Below, in pieces: positions 47,728 to 59,043 of a stretch of 64,000 bases of DNA. Source of the DNA: Thecamonas trahens ATCC 50062 (Eukaryota > Protista > Apusomonadida). The notes beneath the pieces are model-generated. The model was not told the origin of the DNA, made no database searches, and was given only the letters and a program-made list of their open reading frames with translations. The translations under genes were made by a program, and so were the position numbers. Position 1 is the first letter of the stretch. Each line of letters opens with the position of its first letter. The stretch spans positions 186,001-250,000 of the forward strand of contig NW_013657655.1 of the NCBI RefSeq assembly GCF_000142905.1. The letters run 5' to 3'.

Positions 47728-47956
47728 TGCCGCCAGTAGGATGGAAGGAGGGGTAGGGGTGGGGGAGGTGGGGGTGGGGGTGGGGGAGGTGGGGGTGGGG
47801 GGGAGTGGGGTGGTGGGTGGGCGTGGCTAGTGCTCGCTAGCGGGCAGAGGTGGTGGCAGCCAGGGGGCCGACAGGGTGTTGGCAGCAGCGGCGATGGGCG
47901 GGCGATGGGCGGGCGTGTGGCCCCCGACGCCACCGCAACCAACGCGCGCTAACGCC

Positions 47957-48021
47957 CACACACACACACACACACACACACGCTCACACACGCACACACA
48001 GTATGCCACCACACACGCATA

Positions 48022-48066
<45 letters not shown>

Positions 48067-48125
48067 TACACACACACACACTTCACATACACACACTCCC
48101 ACTCTCACACACACACACTTCACAC
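47957..48125. repeat. (CA)n microsatellite in a divergent promoter
   Basis: About 170 bp of cacaca. Confidence 0.95.
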
Positions 48126-48142
48126 TCTCTCTCGCCACCCAC

Positions 48143-49153
48143 ATGGCCCGTGCTCTGACCCGCGAAGAGGTGACGGCGCGGCTGTCGCAGCTGGGACGGA
48201 CGGCCGACGGGACGCGTGTGGCGTACCTGGCCCTACATGCGCCGTCGCTGGGTGTGACGTCGGCTAAAGTGCTGAGCGAGTACCCGCATCTGGAAGAACT
48301 GGATCTGCATGACAACGCCCTGGTCGACCTCGCCCCGCTCTCGCCGCTGGCTGCCCTGCTCACTCTGGACGTGAGCGGCAACGGCCTGGCGAACCTGCTC
48401 GACTTTGCTCCGCCGGCCGGCTTGCGGGTGGTCAACTATGCGTCCAACGCGCTGGAGCGGCTGCCGCCGACATTGGCAGCAGACCACCCGTGCCTCACTA
48501 CCCTCATCCTCGATCACAACGGCATCGCCGACCTCTCGCCGCTCGCCGGCTTGCAGAGCCTGGTCTCGCTCTCAGTCCGCCACAACAAGGTCGACGATGT
48601 GAGCGTCCTCACCGACCTGCCGGCGCTCAAGGAGCTGGCGCTCTCGGGCAACCACCTGCAGTCGCTGGTCGGCCTCGCTGCACTGCCGGCGCTCGAGAGG
48701 CTCGACGTGGCGAACAACGCCATCACCACCCTCGACGGCTTTGAGTCCGAGCTCGAGTTCCTGTTCGAGGTCGACGCCGGTGGCAACTTTATTAAGGACG
48801 TCGAGCAGGTGGCGCACCTGGCGCCGCTCCCACTGCTCCGCAAGGTGACTCTGGCCGGAAACCCCATGGCTGCCGACGAGGGCTATCGGACCCGGACCCT
48901 CTTCCTCGTCCCGCAGCTGGCCTATCTCGACGGTGGCGAGGTAAGCGCCGAGGACAAGGTGGCCGTCGTCAACATGTACGACCCACCGCAGCCGGTCCTC
49001 GACTACCGTAAGCACTGCCTCGAGTACGACACTATGCTCGGCGAACACCTCTCGCTCCCGCCGCCGCTGGCTGACCCGGACCTCGAGGCGCCGGCCATTT
49101 GGGACGGTGAGATCCGGGTCGGCTCGCCGTCGTCGCGCGGCTCGACACCGTGA
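48143..49153 (+). CDS. Ciliary SDS22-type LRR protein, LRGUK/LRRC23-like, with no guanylate kinase domain
   Basis: LTREEVTARLSQLGRTADGTRVAYL, about 8 LxxLxLxxN repeats, LRRcap YR..TLFLVPQLAYLDG, EDKVAVVNMYDPP. Confidence 0.8.
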   Translation: MARALTREEVTARLSQLGRTADGTRVAYLALHAPSLGVTSAKVLSEYPHLEELDLHDNALVDLAPLSPLAALLTLDVSGNGLANLLDFAPPAGLRVVNYASNALERLPPTLAADHPCLTTLILDHNGIADLSPLAGLQSLVSLSVRHNKVDDVSVLTDLPALKELALSGNHLQSLVGLAALPALERLDVANNAITTLDGFESELEFLFEVDAGGNFIKDVEQVAHLAPLPLLRKVTLAGNPMAADEGYRTRTLFLVPQLAYLDGGEVSAEDKVAVVNMYDPPQPVLDYRKHCLEYDTMLGEHLSLPPPLADPDLEAPAIWDGEIRVGSPSSRGSTP

Positions 49154-49175
49154 TCGCACACGCCTCACCCAACAG

Positions 49176-50231
49176 TCATGCCGTGACGGCCTTGCGCGGC
49201 TGTGCAGCTGCCCCGTGCTTGGCGCGGAACTCGACGACAGAGTACACGACGGCGCCGACCATCGACACGTTGTGGCCGACAAAGTTGAGCGGAGTAAAGA
49301 CGTAGTCGGCGAGGAGGAAGCCGGCGTAGGTAGCGGCAATCGATTTGGTGCATCCGACGACCGACGCGGTGAGCGGCGAGTTGACCTGGGTGCAGAGATA
49401 GTTAAAGTAGTTAATGCAAAAGCCGAGAACGCACGAGGCGGCGAAAAGGGCGGCCATGCCGGGTGTCGCCGCGAGGCGGGCGACAAGGCCAACTGGCGCG
49501 TCCGGGGCGGTCTCCGGGTGGTCGATGTAGAACGGCGGCGCTGGCGGAGCAACGTCCGACGCCGGCTGCCAGAGGCTCGCACCGGCGAGCGAGAGGCCGA
49601 CAAAGACGGCCGAGAAGAGCGAGTTGTAGAAGAGGAGCGTGAAGGAAGAGAGTGCGGCCCGGCCCATGAGCTTCTTCAGCAAGACCCGCCACAGCGCCGT
49701 CGTCACGTTGCACAGAGTGATGAGGGCGTAGCCAGCCGGATGAAAGGCGAGATCGGCGGCGCCGGCGACGGTGGAGCCGGCGACCATGAGGACCACGGTA
49801 GCGGCGATGGTGGGCGAGGGGCGCATGCCGAGGACCCACCACTGGGCAAGCATGGTGAAGAGAATGGAGAACTTGCGGAGGGTGGAAAAGGTGGGGACCG
49901 ATGTAAGCGATGTCGCCGCCACGCCAGCCACGTTGTTCACCACATACACCACGTTGAGCGGGAGCAGGCGGACGGCGAGCGCCCAGCTCGGCTCGAGGGT
50001 GAAGGCGATGAGGCCGGCCTCGCGGGCCGAGGCGAGGAGGACAACGGCGGCGACAGCCTGCCAGAACAACAAGAGCGTTGGCGAGGGGAAGGCATACCAG
50101 GCAAAGAGGAGCTTGTTGACAAAGAGTATGGCAAACGATGAGCTGCCGTACGCCACAGCCGCTGCGATCTTGGCTGCCGCAGACGGCTCGGCCGACTTGG
50201 TCTTGCGCCTGCTTGACTCTGGCGGTCGCAT
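49176..50231 (-). CDS. Nucleotide-sugar transporter, SLC35D-like (TPT/DMT superfamily)
   Basis: FVNKLLF..Y.FPSP, SVPTFSTLRKFSILFTM, LLFYNSL, CTQVNSPLTASVVGCTK; about 10 TM helices. Confidence 0.88.
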   Translation of the reverse strand: MRPPESSRRKTKSAEPSAAAKIAAAVAYGSSSFAILFVNKLLFAWYAFPSPTLLLFWQAVAAVVLLASAREAGLIAFTLEPSWALAVRLLPLNVVYVVNNVAGVAATSLTSVPTFSTLRKFSILFTMLAQWWVLGMRPSPTIAATVVLMVAGSTVAGAADLAFHPAGYALITLCNVTTALWRVLLKKLMGRAALSSFTLLFYNSLFSAVFVGLSLAGASLWQPASDVAPPAPPFYIDHPETAPDAPVGLVARLAATPGMAALFAASCVLGFCINYFNYLCTQVNSPLTASVVGCTKSIAATYAGFLLADYVFTPLNFVGHNVSMVGAVVYSVVEFRAKHGAAAQPRKAVTA

Positions 50232-50273
50232 GGGGAGGAGTATGGGGAAGGGGGGGGGGGGGGGGTCCGATAA

Positions 50274-50502
50274 NNNNNNNNNNNNNNNNNNNNNNNNNNN
50301 NNNNNNNNNNNNNNNNNNNNNNNNNNNNNNNNNNNNNNNNNNNNNNNNNNNNNNNNNNNNNNNNNNNNNNNNNNNNNNNNNNNNNNNNNNNNNNNNNNNN
50401 NNNNNNNNNNNNNNNNNNNNNNNNNNNNNNNNNNNNNNNNNNNNNNNNNNNNNNNNNNNNNNNNNNNNNNNNNNNNNNNNNNNNNNNNNNNNNNNNNNNN
50501 NN
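50274..50502. other. Assembly gap
   Basis: N run flanked by G tracts. Confidence 1.
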
Positions 50503-50687
50503 GAAGGGGGGGGCGGGGGGGGGAGGGGGAGGAGGGGGGTGGAGTGGGTGAGGAGGGGCACAGTCCAGGGGGCAGTGTAGTATGATACTCGGGGTGAAGA
50601 GGGAGGGGGGAGCAGGCACGGATTCGGCCAACTCCGCCTGTACCACTCGACGCACGACGATACCGAACGATCACAAACCTCACAACT

Positions 50688-53325
50688 TCACAGCTTCATT
50701 TTGGCAACCAGCATGTGAACGAGGCGTGAGTAGCGCCAAGTCTCGCCCTTGATACGCTTGAGCCGGAGGCCGTGCAGATCCATTTTCGGGATACGGCAGA
50801 TCTCGAGCTCAAAGCGGACGGGAGACTGGGCATCGTCGGGAGGGAGCTCGGCTGGTGCGTCGGCAGCATTGGCTGAGTCTGCATGGCAGTCGATGCGGTA
50901 GGCGGTGCGCGAGTAGCGGATGCCGGCTTCGTCGAGGACGCGGAGGACCTCATCGAGGATGTCGTCTGCGGGCTTGTTCGAGGTTGTTGAGACCGAGAAG
51001 ATGCCGCGGACGGTGCGGATGCGCGACTTGCGCGAGCCCGACGGCGAGCGCGAGGTCGAGGTCGATGCCGAGCCGGCCGACGAGACCGAGGCCCGCCGGC
51101 GGGCGCGCTCGCGGACGCGCGCCAGCATTGGCGAGAGCGCCGAGTCAGACGACTGGCCGAGGACGTCGACGGTGATCGAGTCTTGGTCGCCATTGAGGTT
51201 GGCCATCGACGCCCCGTGCGGCTGCGAGGACCGAGCCGAGATGAGCGACGAGTCGGAATCGCCGCGGGGTGACTTTTTCATAAACGCCTGTCGCGACGCT
51301 TCGACCCGGTCGATGCGAGACATAGCGCCCTCGCGCTTGGCAAGCTGGATCGAGGCCATGGCGGCGGCCGACGAAAAGTTGGGCAGCGACGACGCGAGCT
51401 CTGGCGCCGGTGCGGCCTGCCGCGCGCGCCGCGCGTTGACCTTGGCCGCCAGCGATCGGGCCGGCGACGAGCCGGACGGAGACAGTTCGCCTGTTCCGGC
51501 CCGCTGGCGAGAGCGGTGCCGGCTCCGGCTCGACTTTTTCTTGGGCGACGTCGGCGTTGTCGGCGACGTCGGCGAGAGCGGAGAAAGTGGTGAGGTTGTC
51601 GACGACGATGGCGAGGTAGGCGAGCGCGGCGAGACGACACGCGAGCGCGACGACGACGAGACCGTCGATGAGCGCTTGCGGGTCCCGCCAGACCGCGGCG
51701 AGGCGCGGGGGTGGCGACCGCCGGCCGCCGAGGTGGCGGCAGCGGCAGCTGCAGCGGCCTTGCTCATTGTCGACGCCAGCGGCGACGAGACGCGCGGACG
51801 GTGGCTCTTATGCGGAGAGGCGAGCGGCGACGACGGAGTCGTCACGGTGGTCTTGCGGACACGGAGCATGGGGACGACGTCCGATGCCTCGCTGGTGGCG
51901 GCGCCGTTGGTGGCGGCGACCATGGCACGAAAGTCGGCCGGTGAGGCCTTCTTCCGCTGGGCAAGGAGAAAGTATGTCGTTGTCGCCTGGTTGCGCATGC
52001 CTTCGGTGAGGCCGGCACGAAGCTCGGGCTCGGGAAACCCAAACGAGTCACAGAGGGCGATGAGCTCGGGATCGGGCTCACCAGCAAGGCGGTCGAGCGG
52101 CGACGAGGCGAGGACGCCAGCGCGCATGGCGGTGCTCGCATTCTCGACAATCCACGGATGCTGCATGATGCCCTCGATGGTGATGCGCTTGGAAGGGTCC
52201 ACCACAAGCATGCGTGCAATGAGATCGCGGATGGGTGGCGACATCGACCGCGGGCACTTGTACTTGCCGGCCATGACCTTGCGGTAGAGCGCCGAGACGT
52301 TTTCATCGTCAAAAGGAAGGTAGCCCGCAATGAGGGCGTAGAGGATGACACCCATGGACCAAATGTCGACGCGCTTGCCGTCGTAAGCCTCGCCGACCAC
52401 CATCTCGGGCGGCGCGTACGCCGGTGAGCCGCAAAACGTGTTCAACAGCGCGCCGTCTTGAAAGGTGTTGGCAAAGCCAAAGTCGATGATCTTGATGTGC
52501 GACTTGTCATCGAGCAGCAGATTCTCCGGCTTGAGGTCGCGGTGGATGATCGAGTTGCAATGGCAGTAGTGGACCGCAGAGAGCATTTCCAGGAAAAACT
52601 TGAGTGCCTTGCTCTCCTTGACCTTGCCATGCGTCACAATGTAATCAAAGAGCTCGCCGCCAGTGGCGTACTCCATGACCAAGTAGATGTGCCCGGGCGT
52701 GTCGAGAACCTCATACAGCTGTACAATGTTCGGATGCCGAAGCAGCTGCAGGATTCGGATCTCGCGCGTCACTCGCTCGAGCTCCTTCTCGGTGATCTTG
52801 TCCTTGTGCAGCACTTTGATGGCGACCTGGGAATAATAGGAAAAAAGCAATGTGGATGTGAGTCAGTCCAATTTGCGCTTGGCACGCGTAAAGCGCCGAC
52901 GGCCGCTCATTCGGCGCTGTTGAGCGCCACGTGCCAGGGGTCCAGGCACGGCGGCCGTGGCCAAAGACGACGGCCGCATTGGCCTACAAGCAGCAGTAGA
53001 GGACAAAAGGTCACATCTCCACCTCGTCCGCCTGTCACTGCCGCCCTGCACCTCTTCTATCTCCCTGACAACCTGCAAAGAAGTGGGGAGGGGGGGGGGG
53101 GGCGGCGAGTGGGCAGCAAGCCACACAAATTGTCCGACGTACCGTCTCTCCCGTCAGGGTGTGGGTTGCCGAAAGGACCTTCCCGAACGAGCCCTCACCG
53201 AGCGTCTTGCCCAGCTTATAGTTCCCCACAAAGGTGCCACGCTGCGACCGCGGGGACGACGGCGGCGGGTGTTCTGACCGCTGCCGCGGCTCGGCGTCGA
53301 GAGCGAGCGACAGGCTCGACGCCAT
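50688..53325 (-). CDS. CAMKL family MARK/PAR-1/Kin1-like kinase (kinase + UBA + KA1). Exon 1 53325-53143, intron 53142-52827
   Basis: GNYKLGKTLGEGSFGKV, VAIK, HRDLKPEN, DFG, LNTFCGSPAYAPPE. UBA-like TTTYFLL. KA1 RFELEICRIPKMDLHGLRLKRIKG...KMKL. GTACGT/CCCAG intron. Confidence 0.93.
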
Positions 53326-53683
53326 GATGAGAGGTGACGACCCTCTCCCTCCTCTTGCTGCCGAGCGGGTGTGGCCACCGGCCCGCAAGCCGGCGAACGT
53401 TTGCCGGAAGCTTGACTAATTGGGTCTCGGTTTTTTTCGCTTGGCAGGGAAAGACTCCGATGATAAAATTTTGTGGTGGTGGAGAATGCCCCGGGGCGAG
53501 AGAGGGTGGAGGGGAGGGCTACGATCCCACCCGCCAGCCGTGTCGACTACCTTTGGGCCTGCCTCTACCGACGACGGCTTCCAACCCCAAGCTCCGCTTC
53601 ACCCTCACCCTCCGCCACCCGCCTCACTCTGGCATTGTCGCCTTCCCCCCCTCTGTACTCCTCCCCACACACCCTCTCTGGCC

Positions 53684-54760
53684 ATGTTCCGCAACGCCCT
53701 AGCGACGCGGACGTTCAGCACGGCGGCGGCGGCGTCGCGTCGGCTGCAGCTGCCGTCGGTGGCGGCGCTCGCTGCCCGCAACGGGTGGGACCTTGCTGCG
53801 GTCCTGGACAATGTCGAGGGAACCGGCCACCACGGGACGGTGACCAAGGGCGATGTGTTGGCGTATACTGCTGCTGGTGGCGCATTTCCCGCGGCGAGCG
53901 TGTCCGCCAGCCCCAGCGAGGCCGCGGGTGCGAGCTCGGGCGCGGCCGCTGCCGGCTCCTCGCTGGAGCTGTTCTTTGCCTCGCGTGATGTGGGGCTTGC
54001 CACGGGCTTCCGTGTTGTCGACACACCGGCCAAGGCGCTGCCAGAGGCCGACCGGCACGCCGACGTGGCTGTGAGCGGCGCGCAGGCTGCGCATGCCGCG
54101 GCAGCGGTGGCGGCCAAGGCTGCCGCGCCGACCGTCTACGCCACCGCCGCACCCGACGTGCAGCCGGTCGCCGACCTGCTGGGCCTAGACCTGCCGACGC
54201 TGCTTGCCGGCGCCGAGACCGGCGCGCCGCTGCCGCCGCGACTGGCGCGGCTGCTGGTGGTTGCCGCTGCTCAAGCGCTCCGCTCGCACCCGGCGCTCAA
54301 CGCACACTGGGACGACGCGGCCGGCGCGCCGGTCACATGCCGCGACGTCAACGTCCTCTTTCATCATGTCGCTGACCCGCACGGTCCGGTCCGTGTCTCA
54401 TCGGCCCTCATTCCCAAGGCGCAAGCTGCGCCGCTGGCCACCGTCGACCGCATCGTCGACGACGCTGCGCCGTCAGCCGAGATGCCGACCTTTGCCATCG
54501 CCTCGCTCACCCCGCTCCCGGTGACGTCGGCCCTACTCTCGGTCCCGCCGCCGGCCGTCGCCGTCCTCTCGCTCGGCACGCTCACGGCGTCGGTCGAGCC
54601 GGCAAAGGACCCGACTTCGGGGGCGCTCGCCCTCCGCCGCCGCGATTCTGTCCAGCTGGCCATCACCGCCGACGCCCGCGCCGTCGATGCTGCCGAGCTC
54701 AACGCGTTCCTCGACACCCTCACCCGTGCCCTTGCCAACCCCATCCAGCTCCTGATGTGA
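53684..54760 (+). CDS. Mitochondrial 2-oxoacid dehydrogenase E2-like/E3-binding protein: PSBD + degenerate acyltransferase core, no lipoyl domain
   Basis: Presequence MFRNALATRTFST. PSBD EGTGHHGTVTKGDVLAY. ALRSHPALNAHW. ADARAVDAAELNAFL...ANPIQLLM in place of DHRxxDG. Confidence 0.8.
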   Translation: MFRNALATRTFSTAAAASRRLQLPSVAALAARNGWDLAAVLDNVEGTGHHGTVTKGDVLAYTAAGGAFPAASVSASPSEAAGASSGAAAAGSSLELFFASRDVGLATGFRVVDTPAKALPEADRHADVAVSGAQAAHAAAAVAAKAAAPTVYATAAPDVQPVADLLGLDLPTLLAGAETGAPLPPRLARLLVVAAAQALRSHPALNAHWDDAAGAPVTCRDVNVLFHHVADPHGPVRVSSALIPKAQAAPLATVDRIVDDAAPSAEMPTFAIASLTPLPVTSALLSVPPPAVAVLSLGTLTASVEPAKDPTSGALALRRRDSVQLAITADARAVDAAELNAFLDTLTRALANPIQLLM

Positions 54761-55050
54761 GGCTTGGCGTAGTCTGTCCTCAACGGCACGGTCGTTCGAG
54801 CGCGCTATCGTGCGCCTCGCGGTGACCGCAAGCATAAAAGCTGCTCAGCCTGAGCCGGCCGTCGCGCCGCCGATACCCTTGGCTGGGGTGCGCGAGTTGA
54901 TGGGCTTTTGACAACGCACAAGATGTAGACGCCGGCCTGGATGCCGACTGTAAACTCCCCAAACTCAGACCCCATGCCGGGACAAAGTAGCAGTCCGCGT
55001 CTCTGCGCATCACGCAACTCCACGACCACCACTTCTCCGCATCTACAGCC

Positions 55051-55644
55051 ATGTCGACGACCAAGCCCAAGCTGACGTACTTTCCGCATGCCGGTCGCGC
55101 CGGCGCCATCCGCGACGTGCTGGCCGACGGAGGCGTCGAATTTGACGACATCCGCATCCCATTTCCAGAGTTTGCCGAGCTCAAGCCGTCGCTTCCCTAC
55201 GGCTCCTTGCCCGTCCTCGAGATCGACGGCACCGACTACGCCCAGTCGAACGCCATCCTCCGCTACGCCGGCAAGCTGACCGGAGCCTACCCGGAGGACC
55301 CGGTCGCCGCCCTCATGGTCGACGAGCTGCTCGACGCTACGGAGGACATCGTCAACATGCTCGCACCGTCGATGCGCGAGAGCGACGAGGAGAAGAAGCT
55401 CGCCATGCGCGCCGTCCTCATGGCCGGCCCGCTGCCGACGGCGCTCGCGCTTCTGGAGAAGCGCATCGCCCGCAACACCGCGTCGGTGTACGCTGTTGGC
55501 GCCGCCAAGACCGTCGCCGACTACAAGATGAAGCTCCTGGTTGCTCTCCTCACCTCGGGCAATGTCGATGGCGTGCCCACGGACGTCATCAACGCCGACT
55601 CGCACCCAGCTACCACTGCCCTTGTCGCCGCTATGTCCTCGTAA
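55051..55644 (+). CDS. Glutathione S-transferase (sigma-like), copy 1
   Basis: KLTYF...GRAGAIR, LPYGSLPVLEIDG, AQSNAILRY, TVADY. Confidence 0.92.
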   Translation: MSTTKPKLTYFPHAGRAGAIRDVLADGGVEFDDIRIPFPEFAELKPSLPYGSLPVLEIDGTDYAQSNAILRYAGKLTGAYPEDPVAALMVDELLDATEDIVNMLAPSMRESDEEKKLAMRAVLMAGPLPTALALLEKRIARNTASVYAVGAAKTVADYKMKLLVALLTSGNVDGVPTDVINADSHPATTALVAAMSS

Positions 55645-55819
55645 ATCGCTGCAAGCGCAAGCGCAAGCCCCGTCACCATACCATATCCCCCGCTCAGCGC
55701 GACCCTGCGACCTAACTCTGTGACTTGCGCATGCGCCGTGACACACACACGTCGGCCAACCACCGCACCCAGCCCCCGCACCCTCATCGCACTCCACCCC
55801 TCTTCCCAACAACTGCAAC

Positions 55820-56497
55820 ATGTCCACTAGCAAGCTCAAGCTGACGTACTTCCCCTTCCCCGGCCGCGCCGGCGCCATCCGTGATGTCCTCAACGACAAC
55901 GGTGTCGAGTTTGAGGACTTCCACGTCGCCTTTGCCGATTTTCCGGCCCTCAAGCCGTCGCTGCCGTACGGCGCCATGCCCGTCCTCGAGATCGACGGCA
56001 CCGACTACGCTCAGTCGAACGCCATCCTCCGCTACGCCGGCAAGCTGACCGGGGCCTACCCGGAGGACCCGGTCGCCGCCCTCATGGTCGACGAGCTCCT
56101 CGATGCTGCCGAGGACGTCATCGGCCTGCTCACGCCGTCGATGAAGGAAAAGGACGAGGAGAAGAAGCTCGCCATGCGCGCTGCCCTCATGGCCGGCCCG
56201 CTTCCAGACCTGCTTGCCCTTGTTGAGAAGCGCGTGGCCCGCAACACCGAGTCCGACTTTGCTGTCGGTGCTGCCAAGACTGTGGCCGACTACAAGCTCA
56301 AGTACCTGGTTGGCTTTGCCACCTCGGGCAACATCGATGGCGTGCCCAAGGACGTCATCAACGCCGAGTCGCACCCGGCTCTCACCGCCCTCGTTGCCGC
56401 CATGTCCTCCTTACGATGCACTCCCCTGTGCCTGACCCCATGCATGGCCCCAAAGAAAACACCTGATTTTGCCCCGCTGCCCCACTTACCTCTGTGA
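55820..56497 (+). CDS. Glutathione S-transferase (sigma-like), tandem copy 2, with a 28-aa C-terminal extension
   Basis: Colinear paralog of copy 1 with the same motifs; stop codon absent after AMSS. Confidence 0.9.
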   Translation: MSTSKLKLTYFPFPGRAGAIRDVLNDNGVEFEDFHVAFADFPALKPSLPYGAMPVLEIDGTDYAQSNAILRYAGKLTGAYPEDPVAALMVDELLDAAEDVIGLLTPSMKEKDEEKKLAMRAALMAGPLPDLLALVEKRVARNTESDFAVGAAKTVADYKLKYLVGFATSGNIDGVPKDVINAESHPALTALVAAMSSLRCTPLCLTPCMAPKKTPDFAPLPHLPL

Positions 56498-56618
56498 CGG
56501 CGACGCACGGCCGTTGCCACCACAACACGCCCCTCGCCACCACTTTCCAAACAGCCTCCCCCCCCCCCCCCCCACCACCACCACCACCACACGTACATAC
56601 ATACACATACATACATAC

Positions 56619-56773
56619 ATGTCTGCCGCCGACGACGCCCTCGCAGACCTCCTCACCGAGCTGAACGAGTCGGCAACCACGGCGGCGGTGGCGGTGGCGC
56701 CGGGCGTGCCACGGGCGCCGGCCACCCCGTCCACGCCACGCCGGCACGCCTCCGACGAAGACTCGTACACTTA

Positions 56774-56805
<32 letters not shown>

Positions 56806-58991
56806 ACGGCTCGGGCTCGGGCTACGGCTCAGACTCGGACTCGGGCCACGGTTCAGACTCGGGCTCGCGGCCATCACGCTCGCCGCTCGCGGCCCACGCC
56901 GCTTCGAACGTCTCGCTCGACGAGGATCGCGCGCTCCAGCTGCTGGTGGAGGAGATGGCCACGCTCGGCTCGGACGAGCCATCGTCGCCGGCTACCTTTT
57001 TTCCGCTTCACGACGACGACGCAGCAGGCTCAGACTCGGGCTCTGCCGCCGCCCTTCCAAACAAGAAGCGGTCTGCCGCCGCCCTCGCGGCCTCGCTCGT
57101 CCTCGACGATGCTTCCGTCGTCGCTCCGCACGCTGCTGCAGGCGCCGCTCCCAAGACCCAGGCCGACCTCGACTTTGAGCGGCTGGTGGCCGGAGAGGGC
57201 CCGATGGCCAACGCGTCCAGCGCATTGGCCAAGCACGCCGCCTTGGCGTCCAACGCAGAGGCTGCCGCCGAGGAGCGGACCCGCGCCATGACTCAGGTCT
57301 CCCGCTTTGAGGCCATGCTCACGTCGTCGTTTGAGTCGCTTGAGGAGCTCCTTGACGACGTCCGCAGATCAAGCTCCAAGCCGTCGTCGTCGCTCCGCAA
57401 GGAGGCGCTCTCGATGGCCCGCCGCTCCAACCGCAGGTTCTCGGTCACCACCCCGTCGACCGTCCCGGCTCGTGTCACCGCCGAGAGCGAGCTCGATGGT
57501 GGGCGGAGCTCCGACTCGATCACGCCGGCCGACCACTCGCGGCTCCGGAAGGAGCTCGACCGCACCCCGCTCTGGGACGACTACACCGTGCCCGAGTACC
57601 TCACCAGTGAGTACGATCCCGATACTCGCCGCAACGTCCTTGTCGCTGGTTCGCTCAACGGCATCATCCACTGGATCTCCGACTATGCCTCCCGAAACGA
57701 TGCCGAGCGCTACCGCTTCTTTATGGCGTACCAGTCGCTGATGACCCCGGCTGCGCTTGTGCAGAAGCTCCACGAGAAGTTCCACACTCCGCACGCTGAG
57801 CTACCGCCGTACCCGCTCTTCTCTTCGCTCTTTAACGACATGGTCTCGCTGCAAAAGGAGAACGTCCTCCGCACCCTGCTCTTCTGGCTCCGTGTCCGTT
57901 TTGACCAGGACTTTCTGGCCAAGAAAGAGCTCAAACCCGTTACCGCACTCGTCACCGATGTCCTCGCCGACGCCGGCTCGGACGGCGCCGGCCCGGCAGG
58001 TGTCGCCTCGCCGCCGGCAGCCAACGGCAAAGGCGGTGCAGAGACACCGCCGCCGCCTGTCCGGAGCCCTGCCGAGCGGGTTGTCGATGCTGCGCAGGAC
58101 ATTCGCGCGCTCCTCCGCTCCAAGCGCTCGTCGCGGAAAAAGTCGCTCCTCCCCTCATCGGTCGGCCTCTCGCAGACCGGCATGTCGCTTGTCTTTACCG
58201 AGCTCGACTCGGCCGAGCTCGCCGAGCAGATGACGCTCCGCGAGATCGAGCTCTGGGGCGCCCTCAACGTCGATGAGTTCCACGGCCTGCCGTGGATGAA
58301 GCCTGAGACCGTCCACCTCTGCCCAAACATCATCAACATCATCGAGCACTTCAACTCGCAAACATCGTGGCTCACCGCCGTCGTTGTCCGCGAGTCGCGC
58401 AAGGCCGGCCGCAACGCCGCCATTTCCAAGATTGTCGCCCTCGGCGAGCACTTTGTCGAGCTCCGCAACTACAACGGCGTCATGACCTGCCTCGCCGCGC
58501 TCAACGGCGCGCCCGTCCAGCGACTCAAGCGGACGTGGAAGTCAACAAGTCGCAAGGCCAGAAAGGCGCTCGCCACCCTCAACGAGACCATGGACATGTC
58601 GTCCAACTTTAAGCGCTACCGCGCCGCCCTCACCGCCGCACCCAAGGACGTCGGCATCATTCCCTACTTTGGCATTGTCCTCTCCGACTTGTGCATGATC
58701 GAGGAGGGCAACGCACGCGACGCCGCAGACGCCCCGCCCGGCATCTACAACTACCAGCGCGTCCGCCTCATTGGCAAGGTCCTCAACCAGGTCTATGAGC
58801 TCAAGAAGAGTCACGCCCTCTACTCGATCACAAAGAACTCGCCTCTCCTCACCTTCATTATCAACAAGGAGAACGAGGACCTCACCGACGACCACCTGTA
58901 CCAGCTCTCCATCGCCGCCGAAAACGACTCTGGCCGTCGCTCGCGCAACTTGACGGCGGCGAGCGGCGAAGACGACGACGTCGGCGCGTGA
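56619..58991 (+). CDS. Ras guanine nucleotide exchange factor (REM + CDC25 domains)
   Basis: AGSLNGII..FFMAYQSLMTP (REM). ELAEQMTL, IEHFN, LRNYNGVM, LNGAPVQRLKRTW, NFKRYR, IPYFGIVLSDL..IEEGN. Confidence 0.93.
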
Positions 58992-59043
58992 CCACGCTAA
59001 AGAAAGTATGCCTTGCCTCTACCACCGGTGCGTCCTCTGCAGC

